This document shows, one piece after another, positions 22,716 through 32,000 of a DNA stretch of 32,000 bases. Below the pieces are notes generated by a model. It was given only the letters and a program-made list of their open reading frames with translations. It was not told the DNA's origin and did not search any database. The position numbers and the translations under genes were made by a program. This DNA comes from Mycobacterium leprae TN (GTDB taxonomy: Bacteria; Actinomycetota; Actinomycetes; Mycobacteriales; Mycobacteriaceae): contig NC_002677.1 in NCBI RefSeq assembly GCF_000195855.1, positions 720,001-752,000 of the forward strand, written 5' to 3'. How positions within the stretch are numbered: position 1 is the stretch's first letter; each line of letters begins with the position of its first letter.

Positions 22716-24656
22716 GTGTCTTGGTCACTTCGCGTGGATAAGCCGGACACCGGCGAATCGCCGTTCAAACATTCTCTAGTAACTGGAGCCCAGGAGATTC
22801 CCATCAGCAGTTTCGCTGACAAGACCTTTACCGCGCCGGCGCAGATTAGGAACTTCTGCATAATCGCTCATATTGATCACGGCAAATCCACGCTGGCGGA
22901 CCGGATGCTTCAGCTGACTGGTGTCGTCGATGAGCGGTCGATGCGTGCCCAGTACCTGGACCGGATGGACATCGAACGTGAGCGCGGAATCACGATTAAA
23001 GCGCAGAACGTGCGGCTGTCTTGGAGTGTCACAGCTGGTGGGACGACTGAGAATTATGTGTTGCACTTGATCGACACCCCCGGCCATGTGGACTTCACCT
23101 ACGAGGTATCGCGAGCATTGGAAGCCTGTGAGGGTGCGGTGCTGCTGGTAGACGCCGTCCAGGGCATCGAAGCTCAGACCTTGGCCAATCTCTATCTCGC
23201 TCTGGAGCGTGACTTGACGATTATTCCGGTGCTAAACAAAATCGACCTGCCGGCTGCCGATCCGGACCGTTACGCCGCTGAGATCGCCCACATCATTGGT
23301 TATGAGTCAGGCGATGTGCTTCGGGTGTCCGGCAAAACCGGCGAGGGGGTTTCTGACCTTCTTGACGAGGTGGTCCGTCGGGTGCCGCATCCGCAAGGTG
23401 ACCCTGATGCGCCTACCCGCGCGATGATCTTCGACTCCGTCTACGACATCTACCGAGGCGTGGTCACCTACGTCCGTGTGGTCGACGGCAAGATCAGCCC
23501 GCGTGAGCGCATCGCGATGATGTCCACCGGTGCGACGTACGAACTGCTCGAGGTCGGCATCGTGTCGCCTGAACCGAAGGCCAGCGCGGGCCTGGGCGTG
23601 GGGGAGGTGGGCTACCTGATTACTGGGGTTAAAGACGTCCGCCAATCCAAAGTCGGCGACACTGTAACGACGGTTCGTTATGGTGCCACTGAACCGTTAA
23701 CTGGCTACCGAGAACCCAAGCCCATGGTGTACTCCGGGCTGTATCCCGTCGACAGTTCGGACTACCCGAGTTTGCGTGACGCTCTAGGTAAGTTACAGCT
23801 CAACGACGCGGCGCTGACCTACGAGCCGGAAACATCGGTGGCGCTGGGCGTTGGGTACCGGTGCGGCTTCCTCGGTTTGCTGCACATAGATATAACCCGC
23901 GAACGCTTAGAGCGCGAGTTCGACCTGGACCTGATCTCCACGTCGCCCAACGTCGTATACCGTGTGGTGACAGAAGATAACACCGAGATTGTGGTGACCA
24001 ACCCGTCAGACTGGCCGGAGGGCAAGATCCGAACGGTGTACGAGCCAGTGGTGAAGATCACCATCATTGCGCCCAGCGAGTTCATCGGAACGATCATGGA
24101 GCTGTGCCAGTCGCGCCGTGGCGAATTAGGTGGCATGGACTATCTTTCACCTGAGCGAGTCGAGTTACGCTACATTATGCCGCTCGGGGAAATCATCTTC
24201 GATTTCTTCGATTCGCTGAAGTCACGCACCCGGGGCTACGCTAGCCTCGACTATGAGGAGGCTGGCGAGCAGGAGGCCCAACTGGTCAAGGTTGACATCC
24301 TGCTGCAAGGCGAGGCCGTCGACGCATTCAGCGCGATTGTGCACAAGGATTCAGCCTCTGCCTATGGCAACAAGATGACCAACAAGCTCAAAGAACTGAT
24401 CCCACGTCAGCAGTTTGAGGTGCCAGTACAGGCGGCTATTGGATCGAAAGTCATTGCGCGCGAAAATATTAGGGCGATACGCAAGGATGTGCTGTCGAAA
24501 TGTTATGGCGGCGATATCACCCGCAAACGTAAGCTTCTGGAAAAGCAGAAGGAAGGCAAGAAACGGATGAAGACCATTGGGCGGGTCGAGGTGCCGCAGG
24601 AAGCGTTTGTCGCCGCGTTGTCCGCCGATGCCGCAGGAGACAAGGACAAGAAATAA
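22716..24656 (+). CDS. lepA: Elongation factor 4 (LepA), ribosomal back-translocase GTPase
   Basis: 646 aa; [17 protein letters not shown] (G1), RGITIKAQ (G2), DTPGHVDF (G3), NKIDLP (G4), and LepA C-terminal [26 protein letters not shown]. Confidence 0.98.
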   Translation: MSWSLRVDKPDTGESPFKHSLVTGAQEIPISSFADKTFTAPAQIRNFCIIAHIDHGKSTLADRMLQLTGVVDERSMRAQYLDRMDIERERGITIKAQNVRLSWSVTAGGTTENYVLHLIDTPGHVDFTYEVSRALEACEGAVLLVDAVQGIEAQTLANLYLALERDLTIIPVLNKIDLPAADPDRYAAEIAHIIGYESGDVLRVSGKTGEGVSDLLDEVVRRVPHPQGDPDAPTRAMIFDSVYDIYRGVVTYVRVVDGKISPRERIAMMSTGATYELLEVGIVSPEPKASAGLGVGEVGYLITGVKDVRQSKVGDTVTTVRYGATEPLTGYREPKPMVYSGLYPVDSSDYPSLRDALGKLQLNDAALTYEPETSVALGVGYRCGFLGLLHIDITRERLEREFDLDLISTSPNVVYRVVTEDNTEIVVTNPSDWPEGKIRTVYEPVVKITIIAPSEFIGTIMELCQSRRGELGGMDYLSPERVELRYIMPLGEIIFDFFDSLKSRTRGYASLDYEEAGEQEAQLVKVDILLQGEAVDAFSAIVHKDSASAYGNKMTNKLKELIPRQQFEVPVQAAIGSKVIARENIRAIRKDVLSKCYGGDITRKRKLLEKQKEGKKRMKTIGRVEVPQEAFVAALSADAAGDKDKK

Positions 24657-24713
24657 CCTGTTCGACTTTATGTTGACGAACTGAAGCATCAAAAGATTGT
24701 TCTGCAAGCACAT

Positions 24714-26714
24714 TCAATATTTAAGCGTGCATACTCTTGGCGCATTCGGGTGCTGTAACATCCCCGCGTTGTCGGCTTCCTTGTCGGCGCGGATCACATG
24801 GACCACTTCGTTTATCAACGCCAGACGGGTGAACGCCTCCGGGGAGTTGTCCAGGTGCCGCCCGGTGCGTGGCTCGATTTCTTCAGCGTAGAGGTGCAGT
24901 GGGCTCGTGTAGGAAAACAGTCGCTTAGCGCAGGTTACCTCACCGATTTCCACCAGCGCGGACACCAGCCAGAATGATTAAATGGTGAGCATGTTTTCTT
25001 CGCCGGATAACCCTTAATTGGTTTCTTTTATCCGGTATCGCAGCACTAGACTCTCTTCGGTGAGTTAATTGGCGACAGCCAGCCCAGTGTTAAGCACGCG
25101 CGGGTCGTCAGGTGCCAGGAATCTGGTCAGTAGCACTAGCAACAGTGAGGAATCCAACGCGTCGTTGCCATACCGCTGGGTGAATACGTCGCGGTAGTCC
25201 ATCCCATGCTCGAGAATCTCGGTCTTGATCTCTTCAGCGATGGCCAGTCACTGTTGGGTGCGTTTTTCTTACCCTACCGTTCGGTTAGCTTGGCCTCGCG
25301 GTCCAGAGCCATCCAACACATCGTCCCAACACATCGTGAAGTGTTGCGGCTCGCCGCGAATCTCCCAGATTCCGCGGTCGGGCTCACACCAGTGCGCGAT
25401 CACCTCTTTCACCTGCTTTTTCAATACTGGCTACAATATTTCTGAGATTTTCTCGAGCGACTTGGTGTGCAGAAGAACGAGTCCAGAATCCAGCCCTAGA
25501 TATCGTGCTGAACTTGGTCGTAGGAGTCGTTTGCCGATTCGCACCGGCCGCGCGTGGTCGTAGCCGAACAGATGATATAATCCGTCTTCAACCAGGCGGC
25601 GTTCGTCGCCTACCATCACCTGCAGCAGATGGCGCTGGTCGTTATTGGCGCCGGATACATTGACGATGTATGCGGAGAAGTCGTCGGTTTCGTGGTCGAG
25701 TCCCAGGGTGTAAAGCCCCCCACAACGCGAACGTTGAATCGCTCACCCAGGTATCGTGGTACTCCCAGTTGCGTTCGCTTTGTGACGTTTCCGGAAGTGA
25801 CTTAGTGCTGCCGGGCCGTTAGCCAGCGCGCCGGTGGGAGGATACGGGAACCTGTTGAGTGTTAGCGTGCTGTATTACAGGTATGCCCGCGACGGGTGGT
25901 CGGGGAAGTGGCCGATGTTGATCCACTGCCGCCAGCATTGGGTGACCTGTCACATCTTGTCTGCTGCTTCTACATAGGTCTGTGGGACCGGGTGTTTGGT
26001 CCAGCTTAGCGTGACGAACACGTCGTCGCCCTATTTCATCCGGATGCGTGCCCGTGTTTTACGGATCTCCAACCTGATCTGCATATTCATATTGGTGGTT
26101 AACCATGGCGCCGGGTGGATGTCAGGTTGTTTGCTGGCATGTGTGATGGCTTCGCCGTAGGCATGGGTCAAGTATTCTCACACGGCGCCGATGCGATGGT
26201 AGTCAAACGCCGGCTCGCAGCTCATCATCAGCTCAACGGTGCCGCTTATGCAGAGCACCGTGCACAGCAGGATGTGCTTGGCGTCCTAATCCATCGTGAT
26301 GCGTTAGTGATCGGCGCTCGATGTCATGGCCATGTCCCCCATAACCGGCACGTTCCGCACGATTAACCATCCGGTGTGTGGTCTGCCATGTGGTTTCCAT
26401 GATCAAGCTGCTGGGAAATAGCGGCGGGTCGACGGTACCGAGGCCGCCGTAGGGGCCCAATCGGAAATGGCCGGCGCTTGTTAGTCCAGGATCGCTTCGA
26501 ACACACTCGGAGAGTCAGGCTGGGGCAGCCTATACTCCATAGACATTCCACCGAAACGGCCGACGAGATCAGGCACGTCGTTTCCTAGTCGGACAAGAAA
26601 TGCGTAGTCAGCGATCGACGGAAACGGGTTGCGTAGCACGCCGCTGGAGGCAACTAGCGCCTGCGAGTTGAAATCGAAAGGCGCGGGTTTGGCGGCTTGG
26701 GCTGCGGTAAACAC
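24714..26714 (-). pseudogene. Glycoside hydrolase family 15 / trehalase-like (Rv2402 type) pseudogene
   Basis: Minus strand N-term AKPAPFDFNSQALVASSGVLRNPFPSIADYAFL..VGRFGGMSMEYRLPQPDSPSVFEAILD (ORF 26481-26714), SLIMETTWQTTHR and HDIERRSLTHHDG (26233-26460), C-term LFSYTSPLHLYAEEIEPRTGRHLDNSPEAFTRLALINEVVHVIRADKEAD (24714-24965). Confidence 0.85.
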
Positions 26715-27776
26715 TGCTAGCCGCAGCAGCCTTGTCGTCGGCTTTGGCGGGTTGATAGGAGGGGGGCGGCGTGCAGGACCATTCCGCCATAATCTGTCGA
26801 TTCTTCCTGGTGTCCATCGTTTGCTTCTTTGCCCGAGGGGTTGTGGTCTCTACCCGGCGTGCCTGGCGTACTTAGGCATGTTGTTCGGATAACAGGCCAA
26901 TCGCGACCAGGTAACCGACGAACCGTCGCAATGCCAGTGTTCGGCTCACCATCCGAGCCTTTTGCGGTGGTGTTTGGTCACTGCTGTCCACCGCGACAGC
27001 GATGATGTTGTCATGGATAACCCGGTGTGCCGCCTACAGGATAGTCGTCGGAATCCAGTGGCGTAGCTGTACTCGAACTAGCTGCCAGGTTGACACGCGT
27101 TCCGTACACAGAGGACAGGTCAGCCGGGGAGCGGCCGCTACCACTAGGTTTATGCCTACGCTGGCCACCGCGGCATCACGTGCGCAGCGTCGTTTATGTA
27201 AATGATGGCGGTGATTTATGTATGTATTATTATGTAGTCGCCGCTGTCGATCGTGATCGTAGTGTGCCCCGCGTGAGTATATCGGCCAGGCCGAACGGGT
27301 CGTTGGGCCGGCGAGGCAATCGGAACCACCACACGTTCATCGGAGCGCCGAAGCTACGCGGTGTCAGTGCTATTGCTGAGCGCATGGTCGACGGGGCGGC
27401 CATCGCAGGCCACCGCTAAGTCGGTGCGTATGATCACTTAGGTCACCGCGGTGCTGCACATAAGTCGGAACGTGGGCTCCATCTCGGCACCGGCAGCCAT
27501 TATCTCCAGAAAGTTCCACTGCGGCTACCAGGATGATGCGTTGATGTGTGCCGAGCAGGCGGCTCAGGTCCAGATTGACTCACTTGCCCTGTATCTCCAT
27601 CTGGATGGTGTCGATTTTGCGATGCAGAATTTGTGCGAATAGGTGGGTCACAGATCGAGTTCGTCAAGTAGCCACAAGGTGCTTGCGGGCCATGGCAATC
27701 GGATCGCTGGCCAAAAGCAGGCCAAGCATCATGCTCGCCGGTCCGCCTCCAGCAATGAGGCATGTAGTTTTGTCGG

Positions 27777-28064
27777 ATGTGGAAGGCACGGACAGCATTG
27801 GGCGATCTTGACACAGTGTTTTACGATGCGGGGACGGCGAATGGGACGAATGGGATTAGTGTGAGCCCGGTGAACGGGTTCCTGAATTGGTGGGACAGCA
27901 TCGAGCTTTGGCTGTCAGGGCTCGCCTTCGTGTTACAGGCGGCTTTGGTTATGCCGGTTGTCCTTGCGTTTGCCTACGGCACCGCATTAGTGTTAGATTT
28001 CGCGCTCGGTAAGGGCATCCAGTTGATGCGTCGAGCCTATCACCCTGATTCGGCGCGCGGGTAA
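27777..28064 (+). CDS. Small hypothetical membrane protein
   Basis: 95 aa ORF with hydrophobic segments (WLSGLAFVLQAALVMPVVLAFAYGTALVLDFAL); lies just upstream of the sulfate transporter locus, where M. tuberculosis has a small membrane protein. Confidence 0.5.
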   Translation: MWKARTALGDLDTVFYDAGTANGTNGISVSPVNGFLNWWDSIELWLSGLAFVLQAALVMPVVLAFAYGTALVLDFALGKGIQLMRRAYHPDSARG

Positions 28065-28330
28065 CCTGAATGCCTCGGTCACATGTTACGTTGGTGCTGT
28101 TCGTTCTAGTGGCGCTGGTGATAGTGGCGTGGCTGCTGACGCGCTGAGTAGCATTGGGTTGCTAACCAGCTTAGCTGTGATGGGGCAGCCGATTCTGTTA
28201 AGTTTTGCGCCATGCACGTAGCACCCGGTGTTTGGGAGTGCTGTGTCCTCGTGGATTATTGTTGCTGACTCCAAAACCCGTGCGCGGTCTGGTACGGAGT
28301 TCGTGAATTTTCCCTAGTTCTAGGTGGCCC

Positions 28331-29428
28331 TTGCGTACCAACGGGATTGAGATGCCTACGTTCCTCACTGGAAGGCGGCTAATGTTTAAAGACATTGGGC
28401 GATTCATGCGCTGGCGGCACTCGATGGTCGTCGGGGTCACGCTTGCCTCGACCACCGATGTGGTTGCTGCGTGTCATGGTGGTGCCAGTGACGTCGTTGG
28501 CGGCGGGACGGCCCATGCGCATACGAGTATCGCCCTGGTCGCTTACTCGGCGCCGGGACCTGGTTGGGGCAAAGTGATTCCGGCGTTTAATGACGCTCGG
28601 TCGGGCGATGGTGTGCAAGTGGTAACGTCGTATGGAGCCTCTGGCGACCAGTCCCGCGGTGTTGTCGATGGCAAGCCAGCTGACATCGTGAATTTCTCGG
28701 TTGAAACGGACATCACCAGATTGGTCAAGGTAGGCAAGGTGTCCAAGGACTGGGATACCGACGCCACGAAGGGCATCCCGTTCGGATCAGTGGTGACATT
28801 GGTTGTGCGCACCGGTAATCCCAAGAACATCAAAGATTGGGATGATCTGGTGCGCCCCGGTGTGGAGGTGATCATGCCCAATCCGCTTAGCTCGGGCTCG
28901 GCCAAGTGGAATCTGCTTGCTCCGTACGCCGCCAAAAGCGAAGGTTGCCGCAATAGCCAGGCGGGGATTGATTTTGTGAACCGGTTGGTGGCCGAACACG
29001 TCAAATTGCGGCTAGGATCTGCGCGCGAAGCTACCGATGCCTTTGTCCAGGGCAGCGGCGATGTGCTGATCAGCTATGAGAACGAGGCTATCGCCGCCGA
29101 GCGGCAGGGCAAGCCGGTCGAACACATCAACCCGCCGGTTACCTTCAAGATCGAAAATCCGTTGGCGGTGGTGAGCACCAGCGCGCACCTCGAGGTCGCG
29201 ACCGCGTTCAAGAACTTCCAATACACCACTGCCGCGCAGGGGTTGTGGGCGCAGGCAGGTTTTCGGCCGGTGGATCCGGCGGTCAGTGCCGATTTCAGCG
29301 ACCAATTCCCGGCACCGGTGAAACTGTGGACGATCGCCGACTTGGGTGGCTGGAGCACGGTGGATCCGCAGCTATTCGACAAGAACACCGGTAGCATCAC
29401 CAAGGTCTATATGCAGGCCACCGGATGA
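28331..29428 (+). CDS. subI: Sulfate-binding lipoprotein SubI (start may be 28382)
   Basis: 365 aa; lipobox VVAAC after hydrophobic signal; LVAYSAPGPGWGKVIPAFN, SYGASGDQSRGVVDGKPADIVNFSVETDI, PNPLSSGSAKWNLLAPYAA, GSGDVLISYENEAIAAERQGKPVEHINPP. Confidence 0.95.
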   Translation: MRTNGIEMPTFLTGRRLMFKDIGRFMRWRHSMVVGVTLASTTDVVAACHGGASDVVGGGTAHAHTSIALVAYSAPGPGWGKVIPAFNDARSGDGVQVVTSYGASGDQSRGVVDGKPADIVNFSVETDITRLVKVGKVSKDWDTDATKGIPFGSVVTLVVRTGNPKNIKDWDDLVRPGVEVIMPNPLSSGSAKWNLLAPYAAKSEGCRNSQAGIDFVNRLVAEHVKLRLGSAREATDAFVQGSGDVLISYENEAIAAERQGKPVEHINPPVTFKIENPLAVVSTSAHLEVATAFKNFQYTTAAQGLWAQAGFRPVDPAVSADFSDQFPAPVKLWTIADLGGWSTVDPQLFDKNTGSITKVYMQATG

Positions 29429-30236
29429 CGGCTCGTTAATCGATACTCGTTCGTTGTGTCGGCTCGGTACTACCACGTAGCTTGGGGTTGGTGCGGCGAT
29501 AGTGTGGGCTTTCGGTGATCGTGCTGCTGCCCTTGGCTGCCATTGTGTGGCAGAACGCCGGCTGCTGGCGCCCTTTCCTGTCTGGTGGTCACATAGCACG
29601 CCGTGATGGACTCGCTGCGGGTAGATGCTGACCATCTCCGCTGGGGTTTGCGGTAATCAACATTGTATTCGCTCTGCTGATTCTTTGGGTGTTGGTGCGT
29701 GATGACTTCGTCGGCAAGCGGTCGGTCGATGGCGGTATCGATGTGTAGTTTGCGTTGCCTACGATTGTCGCCAGCCTGGCGATGCTGGCTCTGTATGGGA
29801 ACAACAGCCTGGTTGGTCTTCATCTGCAGCACACCGGATGGGGCGTGTGGGCGGCGCTGGCGTTCATCACGTTGCCGTTCGTAGTGCTTACTGCCTAATC
29901 GGTGCTGTTGGAGATCAGTCCGGGCGGCCAAAGAGTCGGTGGCGTCGTTGGGTGCCAGCAGTCCGAAAAATCGTTATCTCGGCGGTTGTTTTGCCGTCGG
30001 TGACTCCGGTGTTGTTATCAGTTGCGGGCCTGGAGTTTTCGCGGATGCTTGGCGATTTCGGTTTGATGGTGCTGATTGATGGTCCGGTGACGAGGAAGAT
30101 ATCAGTGTCATCGTAGTGGATTCCTGACCTTGATCGAGAATCACGACCGCACTGGTGCTACCGCAATATAGATTGCACTGCTGTCGATCTCGTGTGTCGT
30201 GCTCTTTTTACTGCAGGTCGTAGGCGCGCATGAGGA
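29425..30236 (+). pseudogene. cysT: Sulfate ABC transporter permease CysT pseudogene
   Basis: Start overlaps subI stop (ATGA). FALPTIVASLAMLALYGNNSLVGLHLQHTGWGVWAALAFITLPFVVLTA with in-frame stops; terminal LIENHDRTGATAIQIALLSISCVVLFLLQVVGA. Confidence 0.87.
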
Positions 30237-30258
30237 CTGATGCGAGGAGATAGCCACA

Positions 30259-30990
30259 TGGCGACATTGCCGCAAGTTAGCTATCTGATCCTGTATGTCG
30301 CCTTTGCCTACATTGTTGTGCTACTGGTTATGACGTTTGCGCTGATCTTATGGCGGACCTTTGCACCGGGCTTCGGTCAATTCTACGCCTGAGTCAGCAC
30401 GTCAGAGGAGGGATTGGCGCTGAACTTGTCGCTTCTGGTAGTGGACATCCCGGTTCCGCTGAACGTGGTTTTCGGAATTCCGACGACATTGGTTTTTTTA
30501 TCAACATATTTCGACGAAAAGGTGCACTGCAGACGATCATCGATCTATTGTTAGCGGTCTCATCCGTCATAGTAGGTGTTGCACTGGTCGTGCTGTGGGG
30601 ATCGTGCGGTGCGCTGGGCTTCGTGGAGAAAGGCTTGGAGTTAACGATCATCTTTGGCCTGTCCGGCATCGTGCTTGCTAGCGTCTTCGTCACCCTGCCG
30701 TTTGTGGTACGCGAGGTTGAACCGATGCTGCACTAACTGGGGTCCGACCAAAACCAGGTTGCGGCAATACGAGGATCTAGCTGGTGGCAGAAATTCTAGC
30801 GGATTATGCTACTCTTCAACCGGCGGCACGTAGCCTACGCCATTGTGTTAACCGTTGCCTGTACGTTGGGTGAATATGGTGCTTATGAGTTGTTAACTTT
30901 GTTGATTACGGTATCCGCGGTGGTCTTTTGAGTATCCAGGTGGGTTTTGATTCCTGCCGGGTACGAGCAGGCAGAAACGTCTGACTAAGG
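30259..30990 (+). pseudogene. cysW: Sulfate ABC transporter permease CysW pseudogene
   Basis: MATLPQVSYLILYVAFAYIVVLLVMTFALILWRTFAPGFGQFYA*; then VALVVLWGSCGALGFVEKGLELTIIFGLSGIVLASVFVTLPFVVREVEPMLH (ORF 30350-30736); later AYAIVLTVACTLGEYGAYELLTLL. Confidence 0.9.
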
Positions 30991-31000
30991 GACGTGGAGA

Positions 31001-31700
31001 TGGCCGATGAAGGGACTGGCCAGGACACGCACAACGATCATCGTGCGCGAACGTCTACAAACTCTATGGCCACTTCGTGGCCTTGGGCCACGTGGCGTCA
31101 TCGTGCCCGCCAGTTTGCTGATGGCGTTGTTGGGGCCTAGCGGTTCGGGTAAGTTGACGCTGCTGCGCATCATCGCCGGCCTTGACCACCCGGACACCGA
31201 AACCATCACAATCACGGTCGCGACGTTACCCAGGTGCTGCCGCAACGCCGCGGCATCGTTTGACATTATGTTGTCTTTGAGCACATGACTGTGCGCGACA
31301 ATGTGGCCTAAGGGCTTGAGATTCGTAGGCGCCTTAAGGTCGATCTGGTGCTGGCTCGAGCCCTGGCGGTAGATTTGCAGGTGCTGCTGTTCGATGAGTT
31401 CTTGGGCGCATTGGACGCTGAGGTTCGCTAGGATCTGCGGGTTTGGATCCAGTGCCTGCATGACGATGTGCACGTCACCACAGTGCTTGGTTCCCAAGGA
31501 TCAGGCCTAGGATCTTGACAATGTCAAGCCCAGTTATGTGGCTAACGGCAGGGCTGGGCTGGCCTCGGGGATCGTTATGGATCGCTAGGACGAAGAATTT
31601 GTCGTCGCCTTGAACGACTTTAATGTCTATGCAGCCCGCTGATGAGGATGCTACCGATGAGAAGGACGGGTCCAGGGTTGAGGAAAATTTCCTGCGACAA
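31001..31700 (+). pseudogene. cysA: Sulfate ABC transporter ATP-binding protein CysA pseudogene
   Basis: [37 protein letters not shown] (degenerate Walker A, GKL in place of GKS), later LARALAVDLQVLLFDE and frame breaks. Confidence 0.88.
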
Positions 31701-32000
31701 CTTAAGGGAGAACACTGGCATTATCTGGGGTTTCTCCATCGGTGCGCGCTGGTTGGGCTCCCAGTTTGGATGCGCTAGCTTTTTCATCGACAGCTACAGC
31801 TTTTGCTCGATGCCCCGTTCGCTCTGGGCCTCCAGAGTTTTGGCCATATACTGGCCGCAGCATGGTCCGACCCCTGCCGTGACTGGCTTGGTGTAGCCTG
31901 GCTTACCGGGCAGTACCCGGCTTGGTTTACACCCTTTTGCCGGAGTAGCCCGACAAAATGTACTGTCATCAGGTGGCTTGGTCTGTACATTACTGCAAGC

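Noticed and set aside
23307-24136. Minus-strand ORFs opposite lepA
   Set aside because: lepA is unambiguous on the + strand; these are shadow ORFs.
26115-26366. 83 aa + ORF (MDVRLFAGMCDGFAVGMGQVFSHG...)
   Set aside because: Antisense to GH15 pseudogene sequence, which accounts for its coding-like character.
31007-31288. CysA as a functional short ATPase (93 aa ORF)
   Set aside because: Walker A is altered (GSGKL) and the downstream signature and Walker B regions lie in other frames with stops, so it is called a pseudogene.

Overview
The window looks like a stretch of a Mycobacterium leprae-type genome: intact mycobacterial housekeeping genes separated by long tracts of heavily frameshifted pseudogenes. 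The organism call is inference from protein similarity and decay pattern; I ran no search. From the left, it opens inside a SufB gene interrupted by an intein (only the intein C-terminal part and the C-extein are present). This is followed by sufD, sufC, sufS, sufU and sufT as a tightly overlapping + strand Fe-S assembly operon (2-5326). Next is an eroded region holding a FadE5/FadE15-type acyl-CoA dehydrogenase (ACAD) pseudogene, a decayed IS3-family element not represented by any single ORF, an unexplained 8.4-10.6 kb stretch, two tandem ACAD pseudogenes, and comEA and comEC pseudogenes. Then come an intact holA with convergent rpsT, and an intact three-gene cluster (circularly permuted ATP-grasp / alpha-E / transglutaminase-like, Rv2411c-Rv2409c type). 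These are followed by RNase Z, CBS-domain and PemK-like remnants, intact lepA, a GH15/trehalase-like pseudogene, a small membrane protein, intact subI (sulfate-binding lipoprotein), and cysT, cysW and cysA pseudogenes. I found no clear evidence for a new defence or mobile system. The items most worth a second look are the SufB intein, the retained ATP-grasp/alpha-E/transglutaminase cluster, the open frame joining a comEC remnant to holA, the IS3 remnant at a probable synteny junction, the orphan SubI, and the unassigned membrane-like ORF at 20.1-20.7 kb.
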